From assembly GCA_036405675.1 (NCBI GenBank), contig DASWXD010000004.1:4766-68765 (forward strand): DNA of 64,000 nucleotides. Direction: 5' to 3'. The notes beneath the pieces were generated by a model. That model saw nothing but the letters and a program-made list of their open reading frames with translations, was not told the origin of the DNA and made no database searches. This document shows positions 1 through 10,325 of the stretch, piece after piece (the stretch's first letter is position 1; the number at the start of each line of letters is the position of its first letter). The position numbers and the translations under genes are program-made. The DNA is from Sediminibacterium sp. (GTDB lineage: Bacteria; Bacteroidota; Bacteroidia; Chitinophagales; Chitinophagaceae).

Positions 1-2
1 TA

Positions 3-3000
3 TCAGATAATACCACGGGTTGTGCAGCCATTACGCAAACTGCTACTGTAACAGCGGCACCAACCCCGGCAGCACCTACTGCTTCGGGCACTTCCATTTG
101 TGCAGGTAATAGTGCCACACTAACGGCCTCCGCACCGGGTGGTACCTACGAGTGGTACAATGCCTCATCGGGCGGCACACTGCTTGGCACCGGCAACACG
201 TATACCACCCCCACACTGAACAGTACCACCACTTACTATGTGCAAACCACTTTAAATGGTTGTACCGGTCCCAGAACAGCCGTTACCGTAACGGTGAATG
301 CCATTCCTGCTGCACCTACAGCCAGCGGCGGCAGCTTATGTGTAGGTAATACCATTACCCTTACCGCAACAGCACCCGGAGGAACCTATCAGTGGTATGA
401 TGCGCTGAATGGCGGCACCTTACTTACTTCAACAGCTGCCTATACCACGCCTGCACTTACCAGCAGCACCAATTATTATGTACAAACAAGCATTTCAGGT
501 TGTACCAGTGCCAGAACACCCGTAACCGCTACTGTAATACCCAAACAGGATCCCGCATTTGTGTATGCTTCCGGTACCTTCTGTGTTACAGGTACCAATC
601 CAACACCTACCATTACAGGTGGGGTAGGGTCTGGAACATTCAGTGCTAATTCACCTGATCTAGTTTTTGTAAGTACCAGTTCGGGACAGATTAACCTGGC
701 CGCGAGCAAACTTGGTACCTATACCATCCAGTTCGTTACCAACGGTACCTGTGCCTACACCAGCACGGCAAATATTACCGTTACCAATGCTCCCAATGCA
801 TCGTTCACCTATAGCGGTAGTCCGTATTGCCCGCAACAGTTATCGGCTGTTCCTACATTTCCAACCGGTGCCAGTGCCGGTATCTTCAGTTCCACTACCG
901 GACTCGTTTTTAAAAATACCAGTACCGGCGAGATAGACCTGAAAGCAAGTACACCCGGTACCTACACAGTAACCAATACCATTGTAGCGGCAGGTGGTTG
1001 TGCCCAAACAATCGCAACCGGTAGCATTACCATTACGGCTGAACCAACCGTATCGGCGGGGATCGATCAAACAGTTTGTTCGGGAAAAACGGTAAGTCTT
1101 TCCGGTACCATCGGTGGTACGGCCACCAGTGCCAGCTGGTCGGGAGGCAGCGGCAGTTTCAGTAATGCCTCACAGTTAACCACACAATACACACCGGCTG
1201 CTAACGAAACCACCGTAAATCTTTATCTCACCACCAATGCTCCCGGTTCCTGCGCTGCTGCCAAAGACACGGTTGTATTGTATGTTGTTCCTACACCGGC
1301 TGCGCCTACCATCGCAGGTACCACTATCTGTGCCGGGCAGTCTACCACCTTAACGGCCAGTGCACCGGGCGGTAGTTATGGCTGGTATAATGCCGTTACA
1401 GGAGGCTCTCTTTTTGGTTCGGGCAACAGTTACAATACACCCGCATTGAACAATACCCAGACCTATTACGTACAGACCACGATTGCCGGTTGCAGCAGCA
1501 GCCGAACGCCGGTAACCGTAACCGTAACGCCCTTACCGGCAGCCCCAACGGTTGCCAACGCGTCTATCTGTACCGGCAACACCGCCACACTCACAGCCAC
1601 GGCACCCGGCGGAACCTATCAGTGGTACGATGCCGGTTCGGGAGGCAACCTGTTAACATCAAACAATGTTTTTGCAACACCTGTCTTATATACATCCACT
1701 TCCTATTATGTACAAACAACGGTGGCAGGATGTACCGGTAACAGGGCGGTGGTAAACGTATCGGTAAACCCGGCTCCGGCTTTGCCAACTGTATTGGGTA
1801 CCACTATCTGTGCGGGTAACAGCAGCTTTCTTACAGCTACAGCGCCGGGAGGAAATTACGAATGGTATGATGCTGCCGTTGGCGGAACCCAGGTGGCCAA
1901 CACCAGCAGTTTTACAACGCCGGTATTGAATACCACCACTACCTATTATGTGCAAACAACCGTAGCCGGTTGTACAGGAAACAGAACCGCTGTTACGGTA
2001 AACGTAACGCCACTGCCTGCGGCCCCTTCGCTACAGGCGGCTTCGGTATGTGCAGGCAACAGTGCCTCATTAAGCGCTACAGCACCAGGTGGAACCTATC
2101 AGTGGTATGATGCAGTTGCGGGCGGTACTCTGCTTACCACAGGCAGCAGTTACCAAACACCTGTACTTAACAGCAGTACTACCTACTATGTACAAACTAC
2201 TGTAAACGGTTGTACGGGTGCCAGAGCGGCAGTTACCGCAACAGTGATTGCGATTCCTGCTCCGCCAACTGCATCCGGGGGTAGTGTATGTACAGGCAAC
2301 AGCCTTACCTTAAACGCTACTGCACCCGGAGGTACTTATCAATGGTACGATGCCTTATCCGGCGGTACCCTGCTCGCATCTGCTACAAGCTATACAACGC
2401 CGGCACTTACCAGCAGCACCCACTTTTTTGTGCAAACCACTGTATCCGGTTGTACCAGTAACAGAACCCAGGTTACCGCCACCGTTATTCCCATACAGGA
2501 TCCGGCATTTACCTATCCTTCCGGTACGTTTTGTGTATCGGGCAGTAATCCTGTTCCGGTAATTGCAGGTGGCGGTACCGGTACTTTCAGTGCCTCACCT
2601 GCCGGACTTGTTTTTGCAAATACTACCACCGGTGAAATTAATGTTGCAGCCAGTAAAACAGGATCCTATACCATACAGTTTGTTACCAACGGCGTTTGCG
2701 TGTATACCAGCTCGGCAACGGTAACCATTACCAATGCGCCCAATGCTTCATTCTCTTATAACAGCCCTTACTGTCCGCAGCAATTAACAGCCATGCCGGA
2801 TTTTCCGGCCCTGGCCAGTGCGGGTGTTTTTAGTGCCAGCAGCGGACTGGTATTTAAAAGCAACAGCACCGGTGAAATAGACCTGAAAAAAAGTACACCG
2901 GGCACCTATACCGTTACCAATAATATTGCTGCTTCCGGTGGTTGTATTGCAGCCAGTGCCAGTAATACGATAACCATCCATCCCGAACCTACGGCGAATG

Positions 3001-5768
3001 CAGGGGTAGATCAAACGGTTTGTGCGGGTACCATTGTCAGTCTCACGGGTATCATTGGCGGAACGGCAACCGCTGCGGGCTGGTCTGGTGGTAGCGGCAG
3101 TTTCAGTACCACTTCACAGTTAACAACGCAATACACACCCGGGGTAAACGAAACCACCATTAAACTTTATCTCACCACAGATGATCCTGTGGGTCCCTGT
3201 GCAGCAGCAAAAGACAGTGTCAGCATTTTTATTATTCCCACACCCGCTGCACCAACAGTGAATGCTGCAGCCGTTTGTGTAGGTAATACCGCTTTACTAA
3301 CCGCTACTGCACCCGGCGGTAATTATGAATGGTATGCTGTTGCAACCGGAGGTACAGCTATCAGCAATACTGCGGTATATACTACACCGGTATTATCAGC
3401 CACTGCTACTTATTATGTACAGAGCACCATTAATAGCTGTACAGGCCCAAGAGCAGCAGTAACCGTTACTGTATCGCCCAAACCATCGATCAACAGTGCA
3501 CCTGCCGGAGAAGTCTGCTCTTCGCAGCCCCTAACTTACCAGATCCTGAGTGATCAGCCGGGCAGTTCTTTTACCTGGAGCCGTGCCATAGTTGCGGGTA
3601 TCAGTAATCCGCAGAGTGGTACGCAAAACAGCAGTACTATTAACGAAGTGCTTACCAATACCACCGCTGCAGGTATACAGGTATCTTACCAGATCATTCC
3701 TGTAAACAATGGTTGTACGGGCGATGCTTTTACGCATACAGTACTGGTAAAACCTACTCCCGCTGCACCTGCCCTTACCAACAGTACTCCTGTTTGTGTA
3801 GGTACAGCACTATCTTTATTCGCGGGTTCAGTAACTGGTGCTTCGTATCAATGGTCGGGGCCCAATAATTTTTCCTCTACCCTGCAAAATCCGGTGATTA
3901 ATGATGTGGTACTTGCCTCTGCAGGAAACTACCAGGTTTCCGTTACCGTGAATGGCTGTACCAGTTTGCCCAGCATCAAAACAATTGCGCCGGTTATTGC
4001 AGCACCTGCGGCCAGCAGCAATTCGCCGGTATGTGTGGGTAGTACCATCCAACTCAGTACAGCAGGTTTAACAGGTGCCGATTACCAATGGAGCGGTCCG
4101 CTGGGATTCAGTTCTCTCTCCCAAAATCCATCGCTTCCTTCTGCCGCTACCAGCAAAGCGGGCAAATATTTTGTTACTGCTTTTATCGCAGGTTGTGCGG
4201 GTCTGACAGACTCTGTCATCATTACTGTCAATACCCCTCCCGATCCGCCTACCATCTTAACCAATTCTCCGGTATGTGTGCTGGACTCGATCGTACTGCA
4301 GGCAACCGGCACTGCCAGTACCCGGTTCAAATGGTCTGGTCCTAATAATTTTTCTTCCGATACGTCTTCGCCTGTTATCCGGAAAGCTTCTACACAGAAC
4401 GATGGCACTTATAATGTAACTGCCAGCACTCCGGGCTGTACCACTACGAGTGCCGCATCAACCACTGTTTTTGTAAACCTGATTCCCAATATTCAGGTGG
4501 TATCCAATAACGGGCCTTTATGCGAAGGCGGTACATTGTCCCTTTCTGCCAACAGTCTGGCAGGCTCCAGCTACCAGTGGGGCAGCAGTTCCGGGTTCCG
4601 GTCCAGCGATCAGAACCCCAAACTTTCGGATATCACTGCCGCCAATGGCGAAACCTATTTTGTAACCGCTACCAGAAATGGCTGTAAAGGTGATACGGCA
4701 TTTACCAAAGTAACCGTAGTAAAACCCGCTGTGGCCAGTGCCGGCAGGGATGTGACAGTTTGTGCCAATAATGCTTCTGTTTTTCTTACCGGCAGCATTA
4801 GCGGAGAAGATACAAAAACCGGCATCTGGACCAGTAATGGCAAGGGATCTTTTAGCCCGAATGCCAATACCTTAACTGCCAGGTATCTACCAGCTGCAGC
4901 GGATTCTGTAAAAAAGTCGGTTATACTTACACTCACTACTACCAATAACAAAGTATGTGCGGTAACCAGTTCCTCTATGCAGCTTACCATTAGCCCGGCA
5001 CCCTTTGTAAATGCCGGAGCAGATGGTGTTGTTTGTGCCAATGATTCTCTGATTAACCTGCAGGGACTGGTAGGTAATGCCGGTAGCGGGCGTTGGCAGA
5101 GTTCCGGTTCCGGAACCTTCAGCAGGCTGGATGCAGACCCTTTGCATTTCAGGTATACCCCTTCGCACGCAGATATACAGAAAGGGCAAATCAATTTTTA
5201 CCTCACTTCGATTGATAATGGTAATTGCCTTGCTGTAAGAGATACCCTTCAGTATCTTATCCGGCCTATCCCTTATGTAAATGCGGGGGCGGATCTTATT
5301 TTATTTGAGAGAGAAAACTATACTTTCAATCCACAGATCACGGGAACTGATCTGAGCTATCTCTGGACACCCGGAGACTACCTCAGCAGTACTACCATCC
5401 GGAATCCGGTACTGACCGCCACAAATAACCAAACCTATCGGATCAAAGTAACGGGAACGGGAGATTGTTTTGTAGAAGATGAGGTTTTTGTAAGGGTGCT
5501 GAAAGCGATCACCATCCCCAATATCTTCTCGCCCAATGGCGATGGTATTTATGATCTATGGTATATCCCTCAGTTAGCCAATTATCCCGGCTCCACTGTT
5601 GAGGTCTTTACCCGGACCGGACAGAAGATCTTCAGTTCTGTAGGCTATGACCGCCCCTGGGATGGCACATTCAATGGCAAACCGGTTCCGGTAGCCACGT
5701 ATTATTATATTGTACGCCCCAATTTCAGGAACCTGCTTTTCTCCGGCTCGGTAACGGTGATCCGTTGA
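3..5768 (+). CDS. Giant Ig-like repeat surface protein with gliding motility-associated C-terminal domain (CHU_C, T9SS type B CTD); 5' truncated by window edge
   Basis: Frame is open from position 3, before the listed 240 start. It has 80-aa repeats (GGTYQWYDA...YYVQT...GC) and NSPVC...YQWSGP repeats. The C-terminus IPNIFSPNGDG...WDGTFNGKPVPVATYYY is typical of CHU_C. Confidence 0.9.
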   Translation, partial: SDNTTGCAAITQTATVTAAPTPAAPTASGTSICAGNSATLTASAPGGTYEWYNASSGGTLLGTGNTYTTPTLNSTTTYYVQTTLNGCTGPRTAVTVTVNAIPAAPTASGGSLCVGNTITLTATAPGGTYQWYDALNGGTLLTSTAAYTTPALTSSTNYYVQTSISGCTSARTPVTATVIPKQDPAFVYASGTFCVTGTNPTPTITGGVGSGTFSANSPDLVFVSTSSGQINLAASKLGTYTIQFVTNGTCAYTSTANITVTNAPNASFTYSGSPYCPQQLSAVPTFPTGASAGIFSSTTGLVFKNTSTGEIDLKASTPGTYTVTNTIVAAGGCAQTIATGSITITAEPTVSAGIDQTVCSGKTVSLSGTIGGTATSASWSGGSGSFSNASQLTTQYTPAANETTVNLYLTTNAPGSCAAAKDTVVLYVVPTPAAPTIAGTTICAGQSTTLTASAPGGSYGWYNAVTGGSLFGSGNSYNTPALNNTQTYYVQTTIAGCSSSRTPVTVTVTPLPAAPTVANASICTGNTATLTATAPGGTYQWYDAGSGGNLLTSNNVFATPVLYTSTSYYVQTTVAGCTGNRAVVNVSVNPAPALPTVLGTTICAGNSSFLTATAPGGNYEWYDAAVGGTQVANTSSFTTPVLNTTTTYYVQTTVAGCTGNRTAVTVNVTPLPAAPSLQAASVCAGNSASLSATAPGGTYQWYDAVAGGTLLTTGSSYQTPVLNSSTTYYVQTTVNGCTGARAAVTATVIAIPAPPTASGGSVCTGNSLTLNATAPGGTYQWYDALSGGTLLASATSYTTPALTSSTHFFVQTTVSGCTSNRTQVTATVIPIQDPAFTYPSGTFCVSGSNPVPVIAGGGTGTFSASPAGLVFANTTTGEINVAASKTGSYTIQFVTNGVCVYTSSATVTITNAPNASFSYNSPYCPQQLTAMPDFPALASAGVFSASSGLVFKSNSTGEIDLKKSTPGTYTVTNNIAASGGCIAASASNTITIHPEPTANAGVDQTVCAGTIVSLTGIIGGTATAAGWSGGSGSFSTTSQLTTQYTPGVNETTIKLYLTTDDPVGPCAAAKDSVSIFIIPTPAAPTVNAAAVCVGNTALLTATAPGGNYEWYAVATGGTAISNTAVYTTPVLSATATYYVQSTINSCTGPRAAVTVTVSPKPSINSAPAGEVCSSQPLTYQILSDQPGSSFTWSRAIVAGISNPQSGTQNSSTINEVLTNTTAAGIQVSYQIIPVNNGCTGDAFTHTVLVKPTPAAPALTNSTPVCVGTALSLFAGSVTGASYQWSGPNNFSSTLQNPVINDVVLASAGNYQVSVTVNGCTSLPSIKTIAPVIAAPAASSNSPVCVGSTIQLSTAGLTGADYQWSGPLGFSSLSQNPSLPSAATSKAGKYFVTAFIAGCAGLTDSVIITVNTPPDPPTILTNSPVCVLDSIVLQATGTASTRFKWSGPNNFSSDTSSPVIRKASTQNDGTYNVTASTPGCTTTSAASTTVFVNLIPNIQVVSNNGPLCEGGTLSLSANSLAGSSYQWGSSSGFRSSDQNPKLSDITAANGETYFVTATRNGCKGDTAFTKVTVVKPAVASAGRDVTVCANNASVFLTGSISGEDTKTGIWTSNGKGSFSPNANTLTARYLPAAADSVKKSVILTLTTTNNKVCAVTSSSMQLTISPAPFVNAGADGVVCANDSLINLQGLVGNAGSGRWQSSGSGTFSRLDADPLHFRYTPSHADIQKGQINFYLTSIDNGNCLAVRDTLQYLIRPIPYVNAGADLILFERENYTFNPQITGTDLSYLWTPGDYLSSTTIRNPVLTATNNQTYRIKVTGTGDCFVEDEVFVRVLKAITIPNIFSPNGDGIYDLWYIPQLANYPGSTVEVFTRTGQKIFSSVGYDRPWDGTFNGKPVPVATYYYIVRPNFRNLLFSGSVTVIR

Positions 5769-5823
5769 GAATTGGCTGGTGCAAACACAGATCTATCCGG
5801 GTCTGCGTATCTTTGGGATAACC

Positions 5824-6453
5824 ATGAGCCTATACCCTTTACTTGATACCGTTTTTGAACCCGAACTATTAGAAGAACTGGAAGCCAAAGCCGAACATCG
5901 TTTTGTACCGGCTGGCACCAAACTGGTGTCTATTGGCCAAACCGTGAGGCAGATCCCGATCCTCTTATCCGGATCTATCAAAATCTCCAGGGTAGATGAG
6001 GAAGGAAAGGAATTACTGCTCTATTACCTGAATCCGGCTGAGAGTTGTGCCATGACTTTTACCTGCTGCATGCAGCAGTTTCCCAGCGAAATTGAAGCGG
6101 TTACAGAAGAAGATTCTGAGATCCTGTTCCTGCCCATCACCGTGATGGACCAGTGGATCGTTAAATACCCTACCTGGAAAAGTTTTGTGATGCGGACCAT
6201 CCATTTCCGGTTTCATGAACTGTTGCAGACGGTAGACCAGATCGCTTTTCAGCAGCTGGATGAGCGGCTGGTGCGTTATCTCAAAGAAAAAGTAAAGATT
6301 ACCGGTTCTCCGCTTCTGAATTTATCGCATGAGCAAATAGCCACTGAACTGGCCACTTCCCGTGTTGTCATCTCCCGCCTCCTGAAAAAGCTGGAAAACC
6401 AGAAAAAACTGCTCCTCTACCGAAACCAGGTAAGGTTATTAGGCGATATGTAA
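5824..6453 (+). CDS. Crp/Fnr family transcriptional regulator
   Basis: cNMP-binding-like domain plus C-terminal HTH (LSHEQIATELATSRVVISRLLKKLE); ATG at 5824 preferred over the upstream GTG. Confidence 0.9.
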   Translation: MSLYPLLDTVFEPELLEELEAKAEHRFVPAGTKLVSIGQTVRQIPILLSGSIKISRVDEEGKELLLYYLNPAESCAMTFTCCMQQFPSEIEAVTEEDSEILFLPITVMDQWIVKYPTWKSFVMRTIHFRFHELLQTVDQIAFQQLDERLVRYLKEKVKITGSPLLNLSHEQIATELATSRVVISRLLKKLENQKKLLLYRNQVRLLGDM

Positions 6454-6464
6454 CATTTGTCACA
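6449..6464. promoter_or_regulatory. CRP-like operator TGTAA-N6-TCACA overlapping the crp/fnr stop codon
   Basis: TGTAAcatttgTCACA is 9/10 of TGTGA-N6-TCACA and lies about 22 nt upstream of a TAATTTTG -7 box at 6486-6493. Confidence 0.55.
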
Positions 6465-6514
6465 GATAGCCCCAACCACAGTTGGTAATTTTGTATCACA
6501 AAAGAGATACAACT

Positions 6515-6745
6515 ATGAAGATGAATGTGGGCGTTACAGACAGGGTGATCCGTTTATTACTGGCAGCCGTTGTATTTACCATCCTGTATTTTACCGATTC
6601 GATTACCGAAGGACTGGCCATCAGTGCCGTTATTCTGGGTCTGGCCATGATTATTACCAGTATGGTGGGATTCTGTCCTTTGTACCTGCCTTTCGGTATT
6701 AATACCAACCGATTTTTTACTCCTACCAAAAAAGAAACCAAATGA
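6515..6745 (+). CDS. DUF2892 (YgaP-like) membrane protein
   Basis: MKMNVGVTDRVIR start, two TM segments, GFCPLY motif. Confidence 0.85.
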   Translation: MKMNVGVTDRVIRLLLAAVVFTILYFTDSITEGLAISAVILGLAMIITSMVGFCPLYLPFGINTNRFFTPTKKETK

Positions 6746-7203
6746 CACACGAAATTGAAACCCAATGGATGGGTAAAATGCAGTTCAACGCATTGGTTAA
6801 CGGACATACGATTGTGATGGATGCACCGGAAAGAGTGGGTGGTGAAGACCAGGGGCCGATTCCCAAACCTTTTATTCTTTCAGCCTTATCGGGCTGCACA
6901 GGAATGGATGTAGTAGCCATGCTGCGAAAAGCCGGTAAGGAAGTAACCGATTTTGATATGAAAGTATCGGGTGAGATCAGCAAACAGGCGCCGATTGAAT
7001 ATACAGCCATTCACCTGGTATACGATTTCAAAGGACCTGCCGAAAACCGTGATGCCGCTTTACAGGCCGTTACCGATTCGCAGGAAAAATATTGCGGCGT
7101 AAGTAATATGCTCAAGAAAATCATGCCGGTTACCTGGGATGTGAACTACAATGGCGTATCCATCTTCTCCAACAAAAAAGAAACCGTAGCGCAACTAAAC
7201 TAA
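6742..7203 (+). CDS. OsmC family protein
   Basis: DAP...GGEDQGPIPK, LSGCTGMDV and KYCGV two-Cys motifs. Confidence 0.85.
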   Translation: MTHEIETQWMGKMQFNALVNGHTIVMDAPERVGGEDQGPIPKPFILSALSGCTGMDVVAMLRKAGKEVTDFDMKVSGEISKQAPIEYTAIHLVYDFKGPAENRDAALQAVTDSQEKYCGVSNMLKKIMPVTWDVNYNGVSIFSNKKETVAQLN

Positions 7204-7213
7204 ATTCCGATAC

Positions 7214-7528
7214 ATGTTAGAAGCTTTAAAAAGCCTGCTGGGCATGGGCCCGGCAACAGATTATGCCGAACTGATGAAAAAAGGCGCACAGATCATCGAT
7301 GTAAGAACACCCGCTGAATTTAATGGCGGACATATCAAAGGTTCAGTGAATATTCCTTTAGACAATCTGCAAACGCAATTGGTCAAGATCAAAAAGAACC
7401 AGCCGGTGATTACCTGTTGTGCATCGGGTATGCGCAGTGGTGCGGCCAGACAGATTTTGCAGGCCAATGGTTATGCAGAAGTATATAACGGCGGCGGATG
7501 GGCCAGCCTGCAAAACAAACTGAATTAA
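7214..7528 (+). CDS. Single-domain rhodanese (sulfurtransferase)
   Basis: IIDVRTPAEFNGGHIKGSVNIPL; active-site loop CASGMRS. Confidence 0.9.
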   Translation: MLEALKSLLGMGPATDYAELMKKGAQIIDVRTPAEFNGGHIKGSVNIPLDNLQTQLVKIKKNQPVITCCASGMRSGAARQILQANGYAEVYNGGGWASLQNKLN

Positions 7529-7529
7529 T

Positions 7530-7748
7530 ATGAAAAACAGAATACTCACAGGTTGGTCGTTCAGAAGAGCTTTATACCTGGCCATGGGCCTATACGTGGT
7601 GGTGCAGGGGATTATTGACCGTGAATGGTTCTGGTTAATACCGGGTATTTATTTTGCATCCATGGGTTTATTGGCTTTTGGTTGTGCCTCCGGCAACTGT
7701 TATGGCGGCCAGTGTTCCATCGAAAAAGAACCCACTAAACAATCCTGA
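7530..7748 (+). CDS. Small membrane protein with Cys-rich tail
   Basis: Two hydrophobic segments, then GCASGNCYGGQC; tightly packed in the operon. Confidence 0.7.
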   Translation: MKNRILTGWSFRRALYLAMGLYVVVQGIIDREWFWLIPGIYFASMGLLAFGCASGNCYGGQCSIEKEPTKQS

Positions 7749-7749
7749 T

Positions 7750-8049
7750 ATGGCAGCATTTTCAGACATACTCAACAAAGAGAAACTGGTACTGGTAGAT
7801 TTTTTTGCCGAGTGGTGCGGCCCCTGTAAAATGATGGCCCCTATTTTAAAAGACCTGAAAACCAAAGTAGGTAACGATGCCACCATCCTGAAAATGGACG
7901 TAGACAAGAATCCGGCCCTGGCTTCCCGGTTTCAGATACAGGGAGTGCCTACGCTGATCCTTTTCAAGAACGGGCAACCCGTTTGGAGACAGTCCGGCGT
8001 GGTTGCCGCTAACCAGTTACAGCAGGTCATCAGTCAACACCAATCCTGA
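7750..8049 (+). CDS. trxA: Thioredoxin
   Basis: VLVDFFAEWCGPCK; ATG at 7750. Confidence 0.95.
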   Translation: MAAFSDILNKEKLVLVDFFAEWCGPCKMMAPILKDLKTKVGNDATILKMDVDKNPALASRFQIQGVPTLILFKNGQPVWRQSGVVAANQLQQVISQHQS

Positions 8050-8152
8050 ATACAGCGAAAAAACCTGTTGTAAAGCGTATTAATACGCTTTACCCTTATC
8101 GCTTCCATCACTATTTTAGTGATCAAGGTCTGTACCATTAATCCTGCACACC

Positions 8153-8521
8153 ATGATCACTGTTGTCAAACACTGCCTTACCTGCCAGGCAGCCCTGCAT
8201 GGCAGAACCGACAAAAAATTCTGCAACGATTATTGCCGTAACACCCATCACAACACCTTACATAGTGATAGCAACAACTGTATGCGCAGCATCAACTACA
8301 ACCTTCGCAGAAACCGGCATATCCTCGAAAATCTGCTACCAGCTACCAAACCCCTTACCAGGATCTCACGCGAGTTATTACAGCGAAAAGGTTTCAGCTT
8401 TCACTATTTCACCCACCAGTTACCCAACCGGAAAGGGCATCCTGTTTTTTTCTGTTATGATTATGGGTATCGGGTATTGGGGAAGGAGTGGGTGATGGTG
8501 GTGCGGGGAAGGAATGATTGA
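8153..8521 (+). CDS. Hypothetical protein with N-terminal Zn-ribbon (DUF2116-like)
   Basis: CLTC...GRTDKKFCNDYCR, then NxxLRRNRxIL and FxFHYFTH...FCYDYGY. Confidence 0.75.
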   Translation: MITVVKHCLTCQAALHGRTDKKFCNDYCRNTHHNTLHSDSNNCMRSINYNLRRNRHILENLLPATKPLTRISRELLQRKGFSFHYFTHQLPNRKGHPVFFCYDYGYRVLGKEWVMVVRGRND

Positions 8522-8672
8522 ACAGATGAACAGACGAGCAAGGAACAGAAGAACAGATGAATTGGTTGATATAAGTGAGACAGGGAGTTACACAGATAAC
8601 GATAGCTATTTTCTATAAATGAACATGTTCGTCAGTTCCTTGTTCATCGGTTCGTCTGTTCATCTGTTCAAT
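8517..8672. repeat. Inverted repeat of tandem GAACAGAN octamers (family A, copy 1)
   Basis: Left arm ttGAACAGAT GAACAGAC GAGCAAG GAACAGAA GAACAGAT; right arm 8635-8672 is a reverse-complement array; the outer 22 bp pair perfectly. Confidence 0.9.
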
Positions 8673-9048
8673 ACCTGATCCGCACCCTCACCACCCCCGC
8701 ATTCACCATATCGATTTTTTTGGCGGCGCTTCTGGTGAGGTCGATGATGCGGCCAGCCACAAAAGGGCCACGGTCGTTGATACGTACTTTTACGGATTTG
8801 CCGTTAGAGAGATTGGTCACTTTTACCCTGGTACCAAAGGGAAGTTTTTTGTGCGCAGCCGTTAATTTAGAGGAGTTATAGATCTCTCCGTTGGCTGTTT
8901 TACGGCCATTATAACTTTCTGCATAAAAAGAAGCCATACCGGTTTCTGTTCCGCTAACTTCTGCAGAAGAAGCAGGCACCTGTTTGCGGTGACAGGAACA
9001 GACCAGTAATAACAAAACCGGAAGCAGGGTCAGCATTCTTTTCATCAT
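8668..9048 (-). CDS. rlpA: Septal ring lytic transglycosylase RlpA family lipoprotein
   Basis: Lipobox-like VCSC; [35 protein letters not shown]. Confidence 0.92.
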   Translation of the reverse strand: MMKRMLTLLPVLLLLVCSCHRKQVPASSAEVSGTETGMASFYAESYNGRKTANGEIYNSSKLTAAHKKLPFGTRVKVTNLSNGKSVKVRINDRGPFVAGRIIDLTRSAAKKIDMVNAGVVRVRIRY

Positions 9049-9125
9049 GTTACAAATCTACCCAGCGGGGTTCTCAGTCAAAACTTATTATTATCAACAA
9101 ATACAAAACAGTGTTAATAACAGTC

Positions 9126-9158
9126 AAAAAAAAACCGCCAGCCGTAATGGCTGGCGGT
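9126..9158 (-). terminator. Intrinsic terminator downstream of gcvT
   Basis: 10-bp stem ACCGCCAGCC/GGCTGGCGGT, 5-nt loop, 9 U on the minus strand. Confidence 0.85.
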
Positions 9159-9181
9159 GATATACTATTCTGAATTACCTT

Positions 9182-10267
9182 TTAAGCAAAAGGTGCTTTT
9201 ACCACTTTGGCTTTTACCGGTGTATTCCGGATATCAATAAAGATCTCACTATCAATGGCTGCATGTGCAATGGCTACATAACCCAGTCCGATGGCTTTAC
9301 CCAGCGAAGGTGCCTGGGTACCGCTGGTTACTTTACCGATGGTATTACCAGCCGCATCTTTGATCAGGTAATCATGACGCGGTATTCCGCGATCGATCAT
9401 TTCAAAACCTACCAGTTTACGGGTAACACCTGCAGCTTTCTGTTGCTGCAGAATTTCTTTGGCGGTAAAATCTTTGGTGAATTTGGTTACCCAGCCCAGA
9501 CCCGCTTCCAGTGGCGAAGTGGTATCATCAATATCATTTCCATACAGGCAATACCCCATTTCCAGGCGCAGCGTATCCCTCGCACCCAGACCTATCGGTT
9601 TTAATCCCTGTGGAGTGCCTATTTCAAAAATGGCGTCCCAGATCTTGTCGGCCGCGCCGTCTTTGTCTTCAAAATAAATTTCTACCCCACCCGAACCCGT
9701 ATAACCGGTGGCGCTTACCAGCACATTATCTACACCGGCAAATTTACCCTTGGTGAAAGTGTAATATTTCAGGTTCATGATATCTGCATCCACCAATGGC
9801 TGCAGAATTTTGGTGGCGTGCGGACCCTGGATAGCCAGCAAACAGGTTTTCTCGCTCACATTGTGCATCTCTACACCCTTGGTATTATACTTACTGATCC
9901 AGTTCCAGTCTTTTTCAATATTAGACGCATTCACCACAATCATGTACACTTTATTGAATTCGATACAGTACACGATCAGGTCATCTACAATGCCGCCCTG
10001 CTCATTCGGTAAACAGCCATACTGTGCCTGTCCATCAGTGATCTTAGACACATCGTTGGAAGTAACCCGCTGGATCAGGTCCAGTGCATTTTCTCCTTTC
10101 AGGATAAATTCACCCATATGACTCACATCAAACACACCTGCATTTTTACGAACAGTGGCGTGTTCATCATTGATACCACTATAACTGATTGGCATATTAT
10201 ACCCCGCAAATTCAGCCATTTTGGCGCCGAGGGCAATATGTTTCTGGGTAAAAGGAGTAGACTTCAT
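9182..10267 (-). CDS. gcvT: Glycine cleavage system aminomethyltransferase T
   Basis: [36 protein letters not shown]; ATG at 10267. Confidence 0.97.
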   Translation of the reverse strand: MKSTPFTQKHIALGAKMAEFAGYNMPISYSGINDEHATVRKNAGVFDVSHMGEFILKGENALDLIQRVTSNDVSKITDGQAQYGCLPNEQGGIVDDLIVYCIEFNKVYMIVVNASNIEKDWNWISKYNTKGVEMHNVSEKTCLLAIQGPHATKILQPLVDADIMNLKYYTFTKGKFAGVDNVLVSATGYTGSGGVEIYFEDKDGAADKIWDAIFEIGTPQGLKPIGLGARDTLRLEMGYCLYGNDIDDTTSPLEAGLGWVTKFTKDFTAKEILQQQKAAGVTRKLVGFEMIDRGIPRHDYLIKDAAGNTIGKVTSGTQAPSLGKAIGLGYVAIAHAAIDSEIFIDIRNTPVKAKVVKAPFA

Positions 10268-10325
10268 GGCGTACTGTTTGATAAACAGCCGCAAAAATAG
10301 GTGAAGCACTCCTGCCTAAAAAATA

